From Candidatus Thorarchaeota archaeon (GTDB lineage: Archaea > Asgardarchaeota > Thorarchaeia > Thorarchaeales > Thorarchaeaceae): a DNA stretch of 29,278 bases. The translations under genes were made by a program, and so were the position numbers. The notes beneath the pieces were generated by a model, which saw only the letters and a list, made by a program, of their open reading frames with translations, did not search any database and had not been told where the DNA came from. Of this stretch, positions 17,367 through 26,794 are shown piece by piece. The first letter of the stretch is position 1. Every line of letters begins with the position of its first letter. The DNA is taken from NCBI GenBank assembly GCA_048884785.1, contig JBHLQM010000008.1, positions 1 to 29,278 on the forward strand, written 5' to 3'.

Positions 17367-18386
17367 ATGTTGGTTCCTATGTTACTGCTGTCAGTGAAGA
17401 AAGTATGCTATATTATTCCTATACTGACATTCATTTTATCACTTGTAGCCTTCCCGCAGCAAGTAGCAGGACAGCCCGTCACTTCGGGACTTGTGCTTGA
17501 TAATGTTGAAATTGATGTTGAGCTGAATAAGAATGGAACCAGCGTCGTCCTATTCCAGGCAAATGTAACAAATACTGGAGATTCACTCATTGATGTTTTC
17601 GATATAAGAGTGGATTTGAGAGATCCAAGAATACATTATACGACTCTGGATGAAATCAATGTCACATCCCAAGTCATTGCACAGAGCAATTATGCACTTA
17701 TCAGAATGACACCTGACACCTCACTGAACTCACTCACATCATATCAAATGACAATGAAGTTTTCCAGCGATATGCTACAGGAAAATGTCGGGATATGTGA
17801 TGAGAGAGATCTTTGCCTTGAAACTGTCATTTTCTATGTTCGTCCGTTGAATGAGTATCGTACGCTGAAATTCGTTGTATCTTTGCCTGCCCATGCTGTA
17901 CTCGATTCGGAGTCTTCTCCACTCTATCCAAGGCCAACTCACAATCAAACAGATGGTCTTAGAATGTCATTCATTTGGGAAACGACACAAATACTCCCAG
18001 GACAAGAACGGGTTTACATCATTAAGTATGGAACACCAAATACATTTGTGGTTCTTGTGGATACAGGAATCAATAGTATTCTCATTGCTGCTGTTGCTGC
18101 TCTTAGTGGTGCCGCACTTGTATTGGTTTTTGAAAGACTTCCAGGAGTAATTAGAGCTGCAAGAGTCCCCAGAGTATTATCAAATCAGGGTATGACTGAA
18201 CATGAAGAGAAAGTCATTCGGCTGCTTTCAAGGAAGGGAGGGTCGTGTCCCCAAAGGGAAGTGTATGAAGATTTGGGACTATCGCAGTCCTTGGCGAGCA
18301 TGGTCTTGACTGGTCTTGAGCAACGAGGTGTAATTAGAAGATTCAGAGATGGTCGAGAAAATGTTGTTCATCTGATTGAGGAATGA
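17367..18386 (+). CDS. Membrane-anchored winged-helix regulator (extracellular beta domain-TM-wHTH; COG2512-like)
   Basis: N-terminal signal peptide, beta-rich domain, TM helix (ILIAAVAALSGAALVLVF), C-terminal MTEHEEKVIRLL..CPQREVYEDLGLSQSLASMVLTGLEQRGVIRR wHTH; exact start uncertain. Confidence 0.82.
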   Translation: MLVPMLLLSVKKVCYIIPILTFILSLVAFPQQVAGQPVTSGLVLDNVEIDVELNKNGTSVVLFQANVTNTGDSLIDVFDIRVDLRDPRIHYTTLDEINVTSQVIAQSNYALIRMTPDTSLNSLTSYQMTMKFSSDMLQENVGICDERDLCLETVIFYVRPLNEYRTLKFVVSLPAHAVLDSESSPLYPRPTHNQTDGLRMSFIWETTQILPGQERVYIIKYGTPNTFVVLVDTGINSILIAAVAALSGAALVLVFERLPGVIRAARVPRVLSNQGMTEHEEKVIRLLSRKGGSCPQREVYEDLGLSQSLASMVLTGLEQRGVIRRFRDGRENVVHLIEE

Positions 18387-18452
18387 GTGATTTGAACCCC
18401 TAGCACTGGTGTTATTCAAAGCCGAATTCAAAGTCTATTAATCCAGTCTGGT

Positions 18453-19940
18453 TCAGCTCGAAGGAACAAATTCGTACATACATTGATTCATTGCATACAT
18501 TTCATCTCGGGAATACACGACAGTACCATTATAGCGATGCATCAACATCTTGATAGTGAAAAGCTCCAAGCTCGGCGGAGGCTTTCCGACCAGCTCCTCA
18601 CTCTTAAGGAACTCTTGCAGCTCAATTGAAAGAGGTTTGCCGGTACATCTGATTTCCACTTGCACCCTAGGATCTAGCTGGCTTATGCTAATTGATATAG
18701 CAGGGTGCTCATTTTGTAAATTCTTGACATGGAATATGATAGCATTGAGAAAAACAAGCTCTAGCAGGCCATCAGCTTCCACATTAATTGCGCTCCCGTG
18801 CTTGTACTCTACAAGGAATGCATCATCGCCCAGTAATTCTTTCGCAGTTTCAATTGCCCTATTAATCGCTAAAGCTACATCAGTGGCTTTTAGAGAATCC
18901 TGAACGTCACCCTTTATCTGACTGAGTTGGCGTACCTGATGATTCACCAGAACAGCCTCCCTAGTGAGATCCCGTGCCTTTCCCTGGGTTTCTATGTCAT
19001 CTTCTCGCTTCTGAGCCGAATGCTCCAGTATATCAAGGTAGGTCACAATTCCTTGTAGGATATTTCCCATCTTGTGTGTCCACATGTTCAGGTAGAATTC
19101 GCTCTCCTTCCTAGAATCGTCCAACTCCTTAGTTCGAGTTCTTACAAGGTACTCAAGCTCCTTGTGCGGATTCAATATTGAGGTCGTAAATTGCACCGCA
19201 GCTATGAGAAAGAAGCCCGAAACAATTGTAAACGCCCAGATTAGCTCAGCAATCTGAAGAGGATTCCAAAGTATAATAATGAAGAATGTCCCTGCAATCC
19301 AATGAGCCAAAGCCAACAAGAGGGACAAATCAAAAGAATCTCTTGATTTCCACCACATATGCGCGAATCTGATGAATGCTACAATTTGGGAGAGCAAATA
19401 GCCAAACGAAATAATCATACCTTCAAGTGTTAGTCCTCCTACACCCCCTTCCGGTGAGGTCATTAGAAAAACTGGTTCTTCACTTAGCAAAAACCAGAGA
19501 TTGACCATCGGTATGAATACTGCCCCCCAAAGTATCAACATGAGCGTACTGAAACGACTCGATTTCACATCACCTGTAAACGAGCCAAGTAGAATTGTAG
19601 GAACGACAACCAGTACAAGGGACATGCCAAGGGTTCTGTTTCTATCACGATCGGCGAATGTCATAGACCAGTCTGAAGAAGAAGGATGCGTGATTAGAAA
19701 AAGCAGTGACCAGAGAACAATATTTAGTCCTAGCAGAATCAACATTAGGTTTCTAATCTCACGACCCTTCACGAATGAAACAAATGAGAATGTGGACACC
19801 ATCCCAGCAGATACCGCAAGAAGGAACATGAGAATTGTCAACCAAAAAGCAAAAACTGAACGAATGAGTGTGAGCCATGCCATACCGGAAACGGAGGCGA
19901 AAACGAACAGTATCAGGCCTATGCCAAATATCAGTGTCAC
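18453..19940 (-). CDS. Polytopic membrane sensor with degenerate histidine-kinase module (start GTG 19940, or ATC 19979)
   Basis: About 7-8 hydrophobic helices, coiled coil VRTRTKEL, H-box-like YLNMWTHKMGNILQ, eroded HATPase boxes. Confidence 0.8.
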   Translation of the reverse strand: MTLIFGIGLILFVFASVSGMAWLTLIRSVFAFWLTILMFLLAVSAGMVSTFSFVSFVKGREIRNLMLILLGLNIVLWSLLFLITHPSSSDWSMTFADRDRNRTLGMSLVLVVVPTILLGSFTGDVKSSRFSTLMLILWGAVFIPMVNLWFLLSEEPVFLMTSPEGGVGGLTLEGMIISFGYLLSQIVAFIRFAHMWWKSRDSFDLSLLLALAHWIAGTFFIIILWNPLQIAELIWAFTIVSGFFLIAAVQFTTSILNPHKELEYLVRTRTKELDDSRKESEFYLNMWTHKMGNILQGIVTYLDILEHSAQKREDDIETQGKARDLTREAVLVNHQVRQLSQIKGDVQDSLKATDVALAINRAIETAKELLGDDAFLVEYKHGSAINVEADGLLELVFLNAIIFHVKNLQNEHPAISISISQLDPRVQVEIRCTGKPLSIELQEFLKSEELVGKPPPSLELFTIKMLMHRYNGTVVYSRDEMYAMNQCMYEFVPSS

Positions 19941-20162
19941 TATCCAACTGACCCATTGATATTCAGGTCTGTCAGAGATTGGGCGTGCCTCCTTTCTTTT
20001 CTTAATCAGGGATTATATTGATTCTGTTTTAACCTTAATACTTCTGCGTTTTTGATTAGATTGCATTAAATGCTTTTCAAAACATATCTCTGTCCAGGCA
20101 CCAATACTGAATCATCATAGTTCTGCTTAAGAGGAGGTTATGCTTGTTAATGACCGAAGCCT

Positions 20163-21437
20163 ATGGATGTTGCAGGTATTGTAGTATTGGTCATCTTCGT
20201 TGCTGCACTGCTTGCCATAATGAGCGAGCGTGTTAATGATACGGCAACAGCCCTCCTAGCCCTGGCACTATCTGCTGCAGTTCTATATCTGATGAATGGG
20301 ATTCCGTTTATTGGAATTCTCGCAACAATTGATTGGGATGTCATTCTATTTGTAACAGCAATGATGGTGATTGTATCAGTTGTGGCATCGTTGGGTCTTT
20401 TTCAGTTTGCTGCAATAATCATTGCGCGGCGAACTGGCGGCCAGCCTCGACTTACATTCATCTATCTAATGCTCATGGTATTTGTCATTTCACTCTTCTT
20501 TGATCCGTTGCCTGCGATGATAATTGTTAGTACTGTAACCGTAGAGGTCTGCAATGCAATTGATGTGGATTTCCGACCTTACCTTATGTGTGAAGTTGTA
20601 GTCGCAGGGCTGGCATCATTGCCAACGCCCATAGGGTCCGTGACCAATCTTGTAATCGTCTACATGGCTGACATAAACATTGGGTTAATGCTTGTCACAC
20701 TATTTCCCCTATCAGTATTGCTCTTTATCGTGACCCTATGGTATATGATGAGGAAATATTCAGATTCACTGGCCGAATCAGAAGAACGTGAGCTGACAGA
20801 TTTGTTTCTTGTGGATCCCAGAATAATGATGCGATCTAATCGGGACTTCTACACAGCCATGCTCGCGTTAGGGGGTCTTGTGGTTGGAATAGTCTTTGCG
20901 CCTGAACAAGCGTCCATAGTAGCATTACTCGTCGCGACAATTCTCCTTCTACTCTCTGGAAATCGTGCAAAGGAGCTTCTAAGGCACCTCTCCTGGGATA
21001 CAGTATTTTTCTTGGTAGGAATGATAGGAGTGGTCCAAGCAATGGTGCTGACAGGTGTCATTGAGGCAATCACTCTTGGCTTCCAAGGGATTATTGGGAA
21101 TAATGTGCTGATGGCAGTCTTCCTTATGATTATGGTACCAGGAGGGGTTATGTCCCCAATGGATGCAAAAGCGGTAGGTGTGCTTCTGGCACCTGTTGCG
21201 GGAGACCTAAGCCTCACGAATCCAATGATTCCCATCTCACTCTCCGTGGGAACCAACTTGGGCAGCTATGTCGTACCATTTGGAGATGCACCATGTATCG
21301 TTGTGGTATCTCTGGCTGAGAAGAAATTGAAACCGATAAGTTGGGCAGAGTTCAACCGCGCAATAATCCCACTTGGAGTACTGCATCTCATAGTCGCGAC
21401 AATATATTGTGCTCTTGTTAGTCTATTCTTTATCTAG
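20163..21437 (+). CDS. IT-superfamily (ArsB/NhaD/SLC13, CitMHS-like) anion or cation permease
   Basis: Many TM helices; TIDWDVILF, TPIGSVTNLVI, LSWDTVFFLVG, GTNLGSYVVPFGD. Confidence 0.85.
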   Translation: MDVAGIVVLVIFVAALLAIMSERVNDTATALLALALSAAVLYLMNGIPFIGILATIDWDVILFVTAMMVIVSVVASLGLFQFAAIIIARRTGGQPRLTFIYLMLMVFVISLFFDPLPAMIIVSTVTVEVCNAIDVDFRPYLMCEVVVAGLASLPTPIGSVTNLVIVYMADINIGLMLVTLFPLSVLLFIVTLWYMMRKYSDSLAESEERELTDLFLVDPRIMMRSNRDFYTAMLALGGLVVGIVFAPEQASIVALLVATILLLLSGNRAKELLRHLSWDTVFFLVGMIGVVQAMVLTGVIEAITLGFQGIIGNNVLMAVFLMIMVPGGVMSPMDAKAVGVLLAPVAGDLSLTNPMIPISLSVGTNLGSYVVPFGDAPCIVVVSLAEKKLKPISWAEFNRAIIPLGVLHLIVATIYCALVSLFFI

Positions 21438-21444
21438 CACGACA

Positions 21445-22395
21445 TCATTGCTCTGAAGCTGCAACATCCTCTTCTTTCTTTACTTCAATCCCAAGCTTTT
21501 CCCATGCAGGCTCAATCTTTCTCTGTTGGTATTGCAGGTGAGTTGCAAGTCCGAACTCCTCAGGTTCGTGTCCAAAAGCCAATGCAAGTAGCTCAACCAC
21601 ATGCATGATGTCAAAGCGATATTCCTTCTCGAACATCTTCTGTATCTCAACTTGTCCTAGGTCAAGTTGTAGCTCACAGAACGGACAGGGTGTCACGATT
21701 ATATCAGCACCACCTGCAGCGAGAAGACTATCGAATTTCTGTCGTGTGAAATCTAGCGCAGTCTTCACATCAGCAGTACGAACTGCACCACCCGCACCAC
21801 AACAGATGAGCTCGTCCTTGTAGGGCACATATGTTGCCCCAGACGCTTCACAGAGCTCTCGGAAGATGTGTGGATGCTCTGAGTCGTCCTTCTTCTTTAT
21901 GTTTTTAGGACGCATCCAATGGCAGCCAGGATGCAGCGCCATTCTTACTCCCTCAAATGGACGTGTCACGGCGTCACGGACCTTCTCAATGCCAACCAAG
22001 GAATACAAAGCATCGACGTAGTGGGTGACTTCGATGGTTCCTTTAAACTCGCGACCGACAGCGGCGAGATTCTCATTCACGGCAGCCCTAAGTTCATCAT
22101 CATGGTGAAGCTCGTGATTTGCATCCCAAAGACTTGCAAAACATCCATTGCAGCCAGTTGTGATATTGTAGCCCATCTCCTCTGCAATCGTGAGATTCCT
22201 AGCTGAGATAGTCGCCCATGTGACTCTATCAAAGGAACCGAAGACTCCAGGCGCGGGACAACATGTCGCTTTCTCCATGTCAAGAAGCTCTATACCGAGA
22301 TCAGCAAAGACCAGCTTTGCCGCCTTCTCAACGCTTGGATATCTATGCGGTATTATGCAGCCAAGGAAATGGGCGAGCTTTGTCTTCTTTGCCAT
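21445..22395 (-). CDS. hdrB: Heterodisulfide reductase subunit B (HdrB2, methanogen-like)
   Basis: FLGCIIPHRYP, TCCPAPGVFGS, GCNGC, HPGCH, CCGAGGAVR, PCPFC; ATG 22395 after GGAGTGA. Confidence 0.95.
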   Translation of the reverse strand: MAKKTKLAHFLGCIIPHRYPSVEKAAKLVFADLGIELLDMEKATCCPAPGVFGSFDRVTWATISARNLTIAEEMGYNITTGCNGCFASLWDANHELHHDDELRAAVNENLAAVGREFKGTIEVTHYVDALYSLVGIEKVRDAVTRPFEGVRMALHPGCHWMRPKNIKKKDDSEHPHIFRELCEASGATYVPYKDELICCGAGGAVRTADVKTALDFTRQKFDSLLAAGGADIIVTPCPFCELQLDLGQVEIQKMFEKEYRFDIMHVVELLALAFGHEPEEFGLATHLQYQQRKIEPAWEKLGIEVKKEEDVAASEQ

Positions 22396-22400
22396 CTCAA

Positions 22401-22934
22401 TCACTCCTTCTTCTCCGGCTCTTTCTCTTCGACCAATTTATCGAAGCCGCTCTTCTTGGCAATCTTGACGATCTCTTCTATTGCGTCGGGATGACTGCTT
22501 GCGTTTGGCGGCTTTGGCTCAAGGCCGACCTTTTGCCGGAGTTTTTCCCAGACCTCGCCAGCAAGTGGAACTGCGTGACCCGTCTTCAGGACGTTTATCG
22601 CAACTTTCTGATGCGGCTCCAGCATGTATCCAGATTGAACTGCTATATTTCGAATCGCCTTGATTACCTCTGTGGGCTGAACATCTTGTGGACAGCGATC
22701 GGTACAGGTGTAGCATGTGGTACAGAACCACAGTTCTGGAGAAGAGATGCATTCTTCCTTAAGGCCAAGCAATGCCTTCCGGATGATCCCTCTGACGAGA
22801 TAATTCGTACGAGCTCCAGCAGGGCAACTCCCACTACAAGTACCACACTGATAGCAGTTCTGTATATTGGGGCCACCTATCTTCTTGATCATATCAACGA
22901 AGTCTTTGTCAACTTCGTCAATGTCGATTGGCAT
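22401..22934 (-). CDS. hdrC: Heterodisulfide reductase subunit C (HdrC2)
   Basis: CYQCGTCSGSCP, WFCTTCYTCTDRCP, TGHAVP; ATG 22934 after GAGGAG. Confidence 0.95.
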   Translation of the reverse strand: MPIDIDEVDKDFVDMIKKIGGPNIQNCYQCGTCSGSCPAGARTNYLVRGIIRKALLGLKEECISSPELWFCTTCYTCTDRCPQDVQPTEVIKAIRNIAVQSGYMLEPHQKVAINVLKTGHAVPLAGEVWEKLRQKVGLEPKPPNASSHPDAIEEIVKIAKKSGFDKLVEEKEPEKKE

Positions 22935-22993
22935 TTTCTCCTCGATACTGGTCAAATTGATGCACCGACTGATAGCGACCGCTAGTTTTTCAA

Positions 22994-23041
22994 CCTTAAA
23001 TCCATTACCCATTGACCTCGTGAAAATTAACAAAGTTAAGT
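22994..23041 (-). promoter_or_regulatory. hdrC2B2 promoter: ACTTAACTTTGTTAA (23041-23027) plus TATA-like ATTTAAGG (23001-22994)
   Basis: 12/15 identity to the hdrA1 upstream site and the same 25-nt gap to the TATA-like element. Confidence 0.55.
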
Positions 23042-23093
23042 TGAGAATCTCACGATGAAAATATTCATCATATCTTGCCTGTAACTAGAAACC

Positions 23094-24170
23094 ATGGACT
23101 GCCCTCATCATGAGAAGAGACTTGCATCATCTATTCTGGGTTATTGTGGTGAGTGCGCATCATATCGTCCAGACCTGTTAAGCGTAGCTGCCGCCATTCA
23201 TGCACATCTGAGAGAGAGATCAGGACTAATCCCCAGAATTCCTAATGAGGGAAAAGATGTCTGCGCGGATTGCGGTAATCACTGTAGATTGGATGAGGGA
23301 ATGATTGGTTTTTGTCACAATAGAATAGGAACCAAAGCCGGTGTTAAAAGCAGATATGGCAAAGCGGTACCTGTCACATGGTACTTTGATGTTCTGCCCA
23401 CAAACTGTGTCGCTGATTGGGTATGCTCTATTTCGTGTTCTCCAAACAGAACACACGACGGTAAACGATTGAAAAACCTAGCAGTGTTTTATGGGTCCTG
23501 TAATTCCGATTGCCTCTTCTGTCAGAATGCCAGCTACAAGGATTTGATGAAGGCAGGTAGACCTCTCATGAGACCAGAGAACCTGGCATCTGTCGCTGAT
23601 GATGCAACCGCTTGTGTTTGCTATTTTGGAGGAGACCCTTCATGCAACTCAGAACATTCAGTGCGTACGTCTAAGATTCTTTATGATAAATGGAACATGC
23701 GAGTATGCTACGAAACAAATGGCAATATTTCAGCAAAATGGCTACAGAAAATCGCAGATATAGTTCAGCAGAGCAGAGGAACCCTCAAGTTCGACCTAAA
23801 GGCACTCACGCCATCGTTGTATCAGACGCTGACTGGCGTTAGGAATAATCTAGCGGTTAGCAATTTCAAGAAACTAGCAAGGATCGGAGAGAATCGAGAG
23901 AACGAATTCCTAGTGGCAAGCATATTACTCGTTCCAGGATACATAGGAGCAAAAGAGCTCGAGCTATTGTGTAGTTTCATTGCATTATGTGACCAAACTA
24001 TACCTACGGCATTCCTCGGCTTCTATCCTCATCATAGCATGATTGACCTTCCAAGAACCAGCAGGGGTCACGCTTTGAAAGCCATGGAAATAGCAAAAGA
24101 GTCTGGGCTTACAAATGTGAGAATTGGGAATCAATGGCTATTGTCAGGTAGCGAGTACAATTTTGAATAG
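23094..24170 (+). CDS. Radical SAM protein, PFL-activating-enzyme-like (COG1180-like) with Cys-rich N-terminus
   Basis: CNSDCLFCQN (CX3CX2C), CYFGGDP, YETNG, KFDLKA, LLVPGY, VRIGN; N-terminal CxxC clusters. Confidence 0.88.
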   Translation: MDCPHHEKRLASSILGYCGECASYRPDLLSVAAAIHAHLRERSGLIPRIPNEGKDVCADCGNHCRLDEGMIGFCHNRIGTKAGVKSRYGKAVPVTWYFDVLPTNCVADWVCSISCSPNRTHDGKRLKNLAVFYGSCNSDCLFCQNASYKDLMKAGRPLMRPENLASVADDATACVCYFGGDPSCNSEHSVRTSKILYDKWNMRVCYETNGNISAKWLQKIADIVQQSRGTLKFDLKALTPSLYQTLTGVRNNLAVSNFKKLARIGENRENEFLVASILLVPGYIGAKELELLCSFIALCDQTIPTAFLGFYPHHSMIDLPRTSRGHALKAMEIAKESGLTNVRIGNQWLLSGSEYNFE

Positions 24171-24350
24171 ACCAATGAATTGAGGACTTCATTGCACCTG
24201 ATTACTCTGTCATCATAAGAAAACTAGTACACAGCTCTATACATAGCATGAAAAGCATTAATTTCCATCTAGTTTTGTTAAAAGCGCCACTCTTATATCA
24301 AGAGTTTCTTGGGTCACGATTATAGTAGATGTTATCTAGAGGCTTTAGGG

Positions 24351-24896
24351 ATGAACAACGATACAGAACACGACCACATCAAGGCTGAGGATATTGATCC
24401 TGAGTTTGTGGACAGCCTAGTCGACGCAGGTGCAGATAGGATTCGTACCTGTATTCAGTGTGGAGTGTGTTCTAGTGTGTGCCCAAGTGGAAGACGAACC
24501 GCGTTTAGAACTCGTGAATTGATGAGAAAGGCGGTATTAGGGCTCAAAGATGAAGTGGAATCAAGCCAAGACCTTTGGCTTTGCTCAACTTGCTATACAT
24601 GTCTTGAGCAGTGTCCGAGACAGATTAAGACGACTGATGCGATTCTCATAATGCGCAATATGGCTGCAGAGGATGGCTATATGCTCCCTGAACACAAAAA
24701 GACTTCTGAGAAGCTACTTGAAACGGGTCATGCCGTCCCCATTGATAGTGCAAATAAGAAGATGAGAAAGGAGCTTGGACTTGGCGAGCTACCACCAACA
24801 GTTCATTCACATCCGGATGCTCTTGAACACGTCAAGAAGATAATGAAAAGAACAGGTTTCAATGATTTAATTGAACAACAGGGAGCGGACACGTGA
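24351..24896 (+). CDS. hdrC: Heterodisulfide reductase subunit C (HdrC3)
   Basis: [44 protein letters not shown]; TATA-like TTATAT at 24293-24298; start moved to ATG 24351. Confidence 0.95.
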   Translation: MNNDTEHDHIKAEDIDPEFVDSLVDAGADRIRTCIQCGVCSSVCPSGRRTAFRTRELMRKAVLGLKDEVESSQDLWLCSTCYTCLEQCPRQIKTTDAILIMRNMAAEDGYMLPEHKKTSEKLLETGHAVPIDSANKKMRKELGLGELPPTVHSHPDALEHVKKIMKRTGFNDLIEQQGADT

Positions 24897-24901
24897 GGGC
24901 G

Positions 24902-25795
24902 ATGACGGAGACGCAGACATTCTCACTTTTTTTGGGGTGCGTGATGCCCAATCGTTTTCCCAATATTGAGAAGAGCCTTCGAGTGGTGCTGCCAGAACTA
25001 GACATAAACCTTGAAGAACTTGAAGGCGCAAGCTGCTGTCCAGCCCCAGGGGTGATTAGGTCATTCAGCGATTCCACTTGGCTGGCTCTTGCATCAAGAA
25101 ATCTTGCTCTTGCAGAGAAAGCGGGACATGATATCATAACCGGATGCAGTGGATGCTATGGGACTTTCAAAGAAGCAATTGCTGCAGTTCATGAGAAACC
25201 TAGCCGTTTGAAGGATGTGCAGAGAATCCTGAAGGAAGTCGATCTGAAATACACTGCAAAAACAAATGCAAGGCATATCATAGAGGTGATCTATGAGATT
25301 GGACCTGAGGAAATCAAGAGAAGAGTGAAACGTCCACTTACAGGAGTCAAAGTTGCTGTCCATTATGGATGTCATCTTCTTAAGCCAAGTAGATTCAGAC
25401 CTTGGAAAAAGACACAGAAACCTACATTTCTAGATGATTTGGTCGAAGCTCTAGGCGCAGAGAGTGTGAGTTATCGTGACAAGTCCATCTGCTGCGGAGC
25501 TGGTGGCGGGGTTCGGAGTGGAAATATGCCGCTATCCGTAGACATAGCAAAAGAGAAGCTGGACAGTGTGATTGATGCAGAGGCAGACTGCATTGTGAAT
25601 GCTTGTTCCTTTTGCCATCTTCAGTATGAATCTGCACAAGAGTATCTTAACAACGAGCTGGGAGAAATGGCCTACCAAATTCCTGTCATCTACTTCACTC
25701 AGCTATTGGGACTTGCACTGGGATTTGGTCCAGATGAACTGGGGCTAGGAAAGCATATTGTGTCAACAAAGAAACTCCTAGATAAGGTATTATGA
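24902..25795 (+). CDS. hdrB: Heterodisulfide reductase subunit B (HdrB3, methanogen-like)
   Basis: [54 protein letters not shown]. Confidence 0.95.
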   Translation: MTETQTFSLFLGCVMPNRFPNIEKSLRVVLPELDINLEELEGASCCPAPGVIRSFSDSTWLALASRNLALAEKAGHDIITGCSGCYGTFKEAIAAVHEKPSRLKDVQRILKEVDLKYTAKTNARHIIEVIYEIGPEEIKRRVKRPLTGVKVAVHYGCHLLKPSRFRPWKKTQKPTFLDDLVEALGAESVSYRDKSICCGAGGGVRSGNMPLSVDIAKEKLDSVIDAEADCIVNACSFCHLQYESAQEYLNNELGEMAYQIPVIYFTQLLGLALGFGPDELGLGKHIVSTKKLLDKVL

Positions 25796-26749
25796 AAGGC
25801 GTTTGGCTTGCTGATATACAATGAGAGATAAAACTGCACTTAAGAGAATTGCAGCTGAGATGAATATTGGTAGACGTAGTTCTACGGCATCAGGTGCAGG
25901 TGCAGTAGGAGTCGTGGTGGTGGGATTGGTTGTAGTTGGTGCAATAGAACCTGCGGTGAAATTCCCATCAGATACATCGAATGATGTGTAGATTCCATCA
26001 AAGGCACGCACCTGAATGATGTATGATGAATGCGTTTCAAAACTAGAGAAATCCCATGCTAGCCAGGTGTCTTCTACGAATGCAGCGAGAAGCTGAAAGC
26101 TCTTTCCGTCATCTGCGCTGAGAAGCACCTCATATGTGAGGCTGTCGTCCGAGTTGCTATCCCATGCGATCCAGGTAATGTTGTGGGAGCCGGGCCAAGT
26201 TTCGCCTCCATTGGGAGAAATCACCTGTACATAAGGCGTGAAGAAGTTGCCAATAAATATGCTAGTAAACAAGTTATAGATTGCTGTTCCATTGGTCAGC
26301 CAAGTTGTGACATTGATAAGACATGTAGCATTGTTCCCAAGGCTTCGTGTATCTATTTCCACCGAATTTGTAGTACTGTTCGCAGAAATGGTGTTTGGAA
26401 TGGCAGACGCATTGACTACTATACGAGCTCCGTTTGCATTGGCTGCAGGAGTCCATGTGGCATTGAGTATAATATGATCACCAGAGATACGATATCCGGA
26501 AGCAACGGATTTAGGGGTTGCATCAAGTCTTGAATGATAAGTAAGTGAAAGGACAGGAACCTCAGCAGAAGTTTGATGAATACCTATTGGACCTGCAAAA
26601 ATGTTACTAGATTCATTTACAAGCACTGCGGATATAGGGAACATCAGCACCATGAAGAGAAAGATAAGACTCAGACTAGTCCTAGGTTTCTTGATTCTTG
26701 GTTTCAGGAGTATAGCCTGTGAACCTCTTGCTAATGAATTTCCTTTCAT
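25790..26749 (-). CDS. Secreted Ig/FnIII-like surface protein with Thr/Pro linker and C-terminal TM anchor
   Basis: Hydrophobic signal, many NxT/S sequons, [26 protein letters not shown] domain, [12 protein letters not shown] linker, TM then KR; 3' end overlaps the hdrB3 stop by 6 nt; start uncertain. Confidence 0.8.
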   Translation of the reverse strand: MKGNSLARGSQAILLKPRIKKPRTSLSLIFLFMVLMFPISAVLVNESSNIFAGPIGIHQTSAEVPVLSLTYHSRLDATPKSVASGYRISGDHIILNATWTPAANANGARIVVNASAIPNTISANSTTNSVEIDTRSLGNNATCLINVTTWLTNGTAIYNLFTSIFIGNFFTPYVQVISPNGGETWPGSHNITWIAWDSNSDDSLTYEVLLSADDGKSFQLLAAFVEDTWLAWDFSSFETHSSYIIQVRAFDGIYTSFDVSDGNFTAGSIAPTTTNPTTTTPTAPAPDAVELRLPIFISAAILLSAVLSLIVYQQAKRLS

Positions 26750-26776
26750 TATGCTATACTTGTATTTTCTATTGAT

Positions 26777-26794
26777 AGTTCTATTTTTAGAACT
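26777..26794. promoter_or_regulatory. Perfect inverted repeat AGTTCTA-TTTT-TAGAACT between the wHTH gene and the surface-protein gene
   Basis: 7-bp arms at 26777-26783 and 26788-26794. Confidence 0.45.

Noticed and set aside
22263-22985. 240-aa antisense ORF and other shadow ORFs (e.g. 1229-1702, 19501-19959, 27635-28165)
   Set aside because: Antisense to, or nested in, well-supported genes, with no recognisable motifs
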